Assembly: GCA_051362555.1 (NCBI GenBank)
Contig: CM120646.1
Coordinates: 12,338,001 to 12,402,000, forward strand
Origin: Lingula anatina
Lineage: Eukaryota > Animalia > Brachiopoda
Reading direction: 5' to 3'
Length of the DNA: 64,000 bases
The notes below the pieces were generated by a model. That model was not told where the DNA came from, did not search any database, and was given only the letters and a program-made list of their open reading frames with translations. Both the position numbers and the translations under genes were made by a program. Positions 63,157-64,000 of the stretch are shown in pieces (positions within the stretch are counted from its first letter, which is position 1; every line of letters begins with the position of its first letter).

Positions 63157-63518
63157 TTGATAACATATTGAGGGAAATTTGTAATTTAAATAAGGGAAAT
63201 TTAGATTTTGCAATAAACGTATGATAATTTGATAATTGTATGTCCTAACTCAGGGAAATAACTTAATTTGCGACAGACTAATATGGCTCTTAATTATTGT
63301 CCAGTTATTTATTCGTAGTATTATTGTTAGAGAATAATAAAGGGAGTTGCTAAAACATACTTGGTTTTATTCAAAACAAATAACATTTCTGAATTACATC
63401 AAATTATATATCTTCCTCCAGTCAGTTTTTACAAAATAAAACGGGTTAAATATTGCATTTCAATACCAAGGTACTGGGACGATTTTGAAGATTTTTTAAA
63501 AGCAAACTCTCTGTCACG

Positions 63519-64000
63519 TTAGATAGGAATGTCAGGTCTGTCAACGCAGCCACATTCGCCGTCACCGCTGTGACAATACAGTTCCTGTCTGTGGCACGTC
63601 TTGTATAACGTCCGCTGCTCATACACCGTGCTGGAATAGAGGAAGAGAAACCTGAATGGTAATTACTTACAAATTCTTCATATGTCGCATACATACATTT
63701 TTTTCTTTCGTGTTTTATGAAATTTAGGGACAAAATCGGGAAAAGTACCGACCAACTACCCTTTCTCTTAAAGAAAATGGAAGTCATTTATTTCACATTA
63801 AAATGTAGCAGGCATTGTTTAGAAATATTTTGCTTTTTATGTATCGGTATACTACCTATTTAACCCAAAGCAAAGTAGACAGAAGTTATGGTCTGAACTC
63901 CGGTTCTAAATTAGCCCTATCTGCTTCATGAGTTCGTAATCGCTAACTTACCGTAATCCCGTCTCCTCACAAATAGTACGGCAGTAGTGGCAGAGACCAG
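63519..64000 (-). CDS. 3' end of a convergent gene encoding a Cys-rich C-terminus; exons >64000-63952 and 63630-63519
   Basis: Donor CG|GTAAGT and acceptor ctcttcctctattccag join in phase 2, giving ...GLCHYCRTICEETGLRTVYEQRTLYKTCHRQELYCHSGDGECGCVDRPDIPI*. Minus-strand AATAAA near 63370. Family not recognised. Confidence 0.6.

Overview
AT-rich, intron-containing animal DNA. The repeat families suggest an invertebrate, possibly a lophotrochozoan (inference). Gene models were built by hand from GT-AG boundaries with reading phase checked. From left to right: (1) the large 5' coding exon of capicua (CIC-L type, minus strand), whose downstream intron holds a LINE RT remnant and a cluster of fold-back MITEs; (2) CFAP68/C11orf1 (plus strand) with two duplicated alternative last exons; (3) a ~1860-aa ESE/ELF-like ETS factor carrying C2H2 fingers and an AT-hook (minus strand); (4) head-to-head with it, a ~1090-aa protein in which an IRF DNA-binding domain is spliced in frame to a catalytically degenerate PIF/Harbinger-superfamily (ISL2EU-like) transposase; (5) a phase-compatible block of zinc-finger exons with no evident promoter, which may be an alternative 3' half of the IRF gene and itself ends in two alternative last exons; (6) the Cys-rich 3' end of a convergent gene. 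The best candidate for an undescribed system is the IRF-transposase / IRF-zinc-finger locus sharing a compact bidirectional promoter with the ETS gene.
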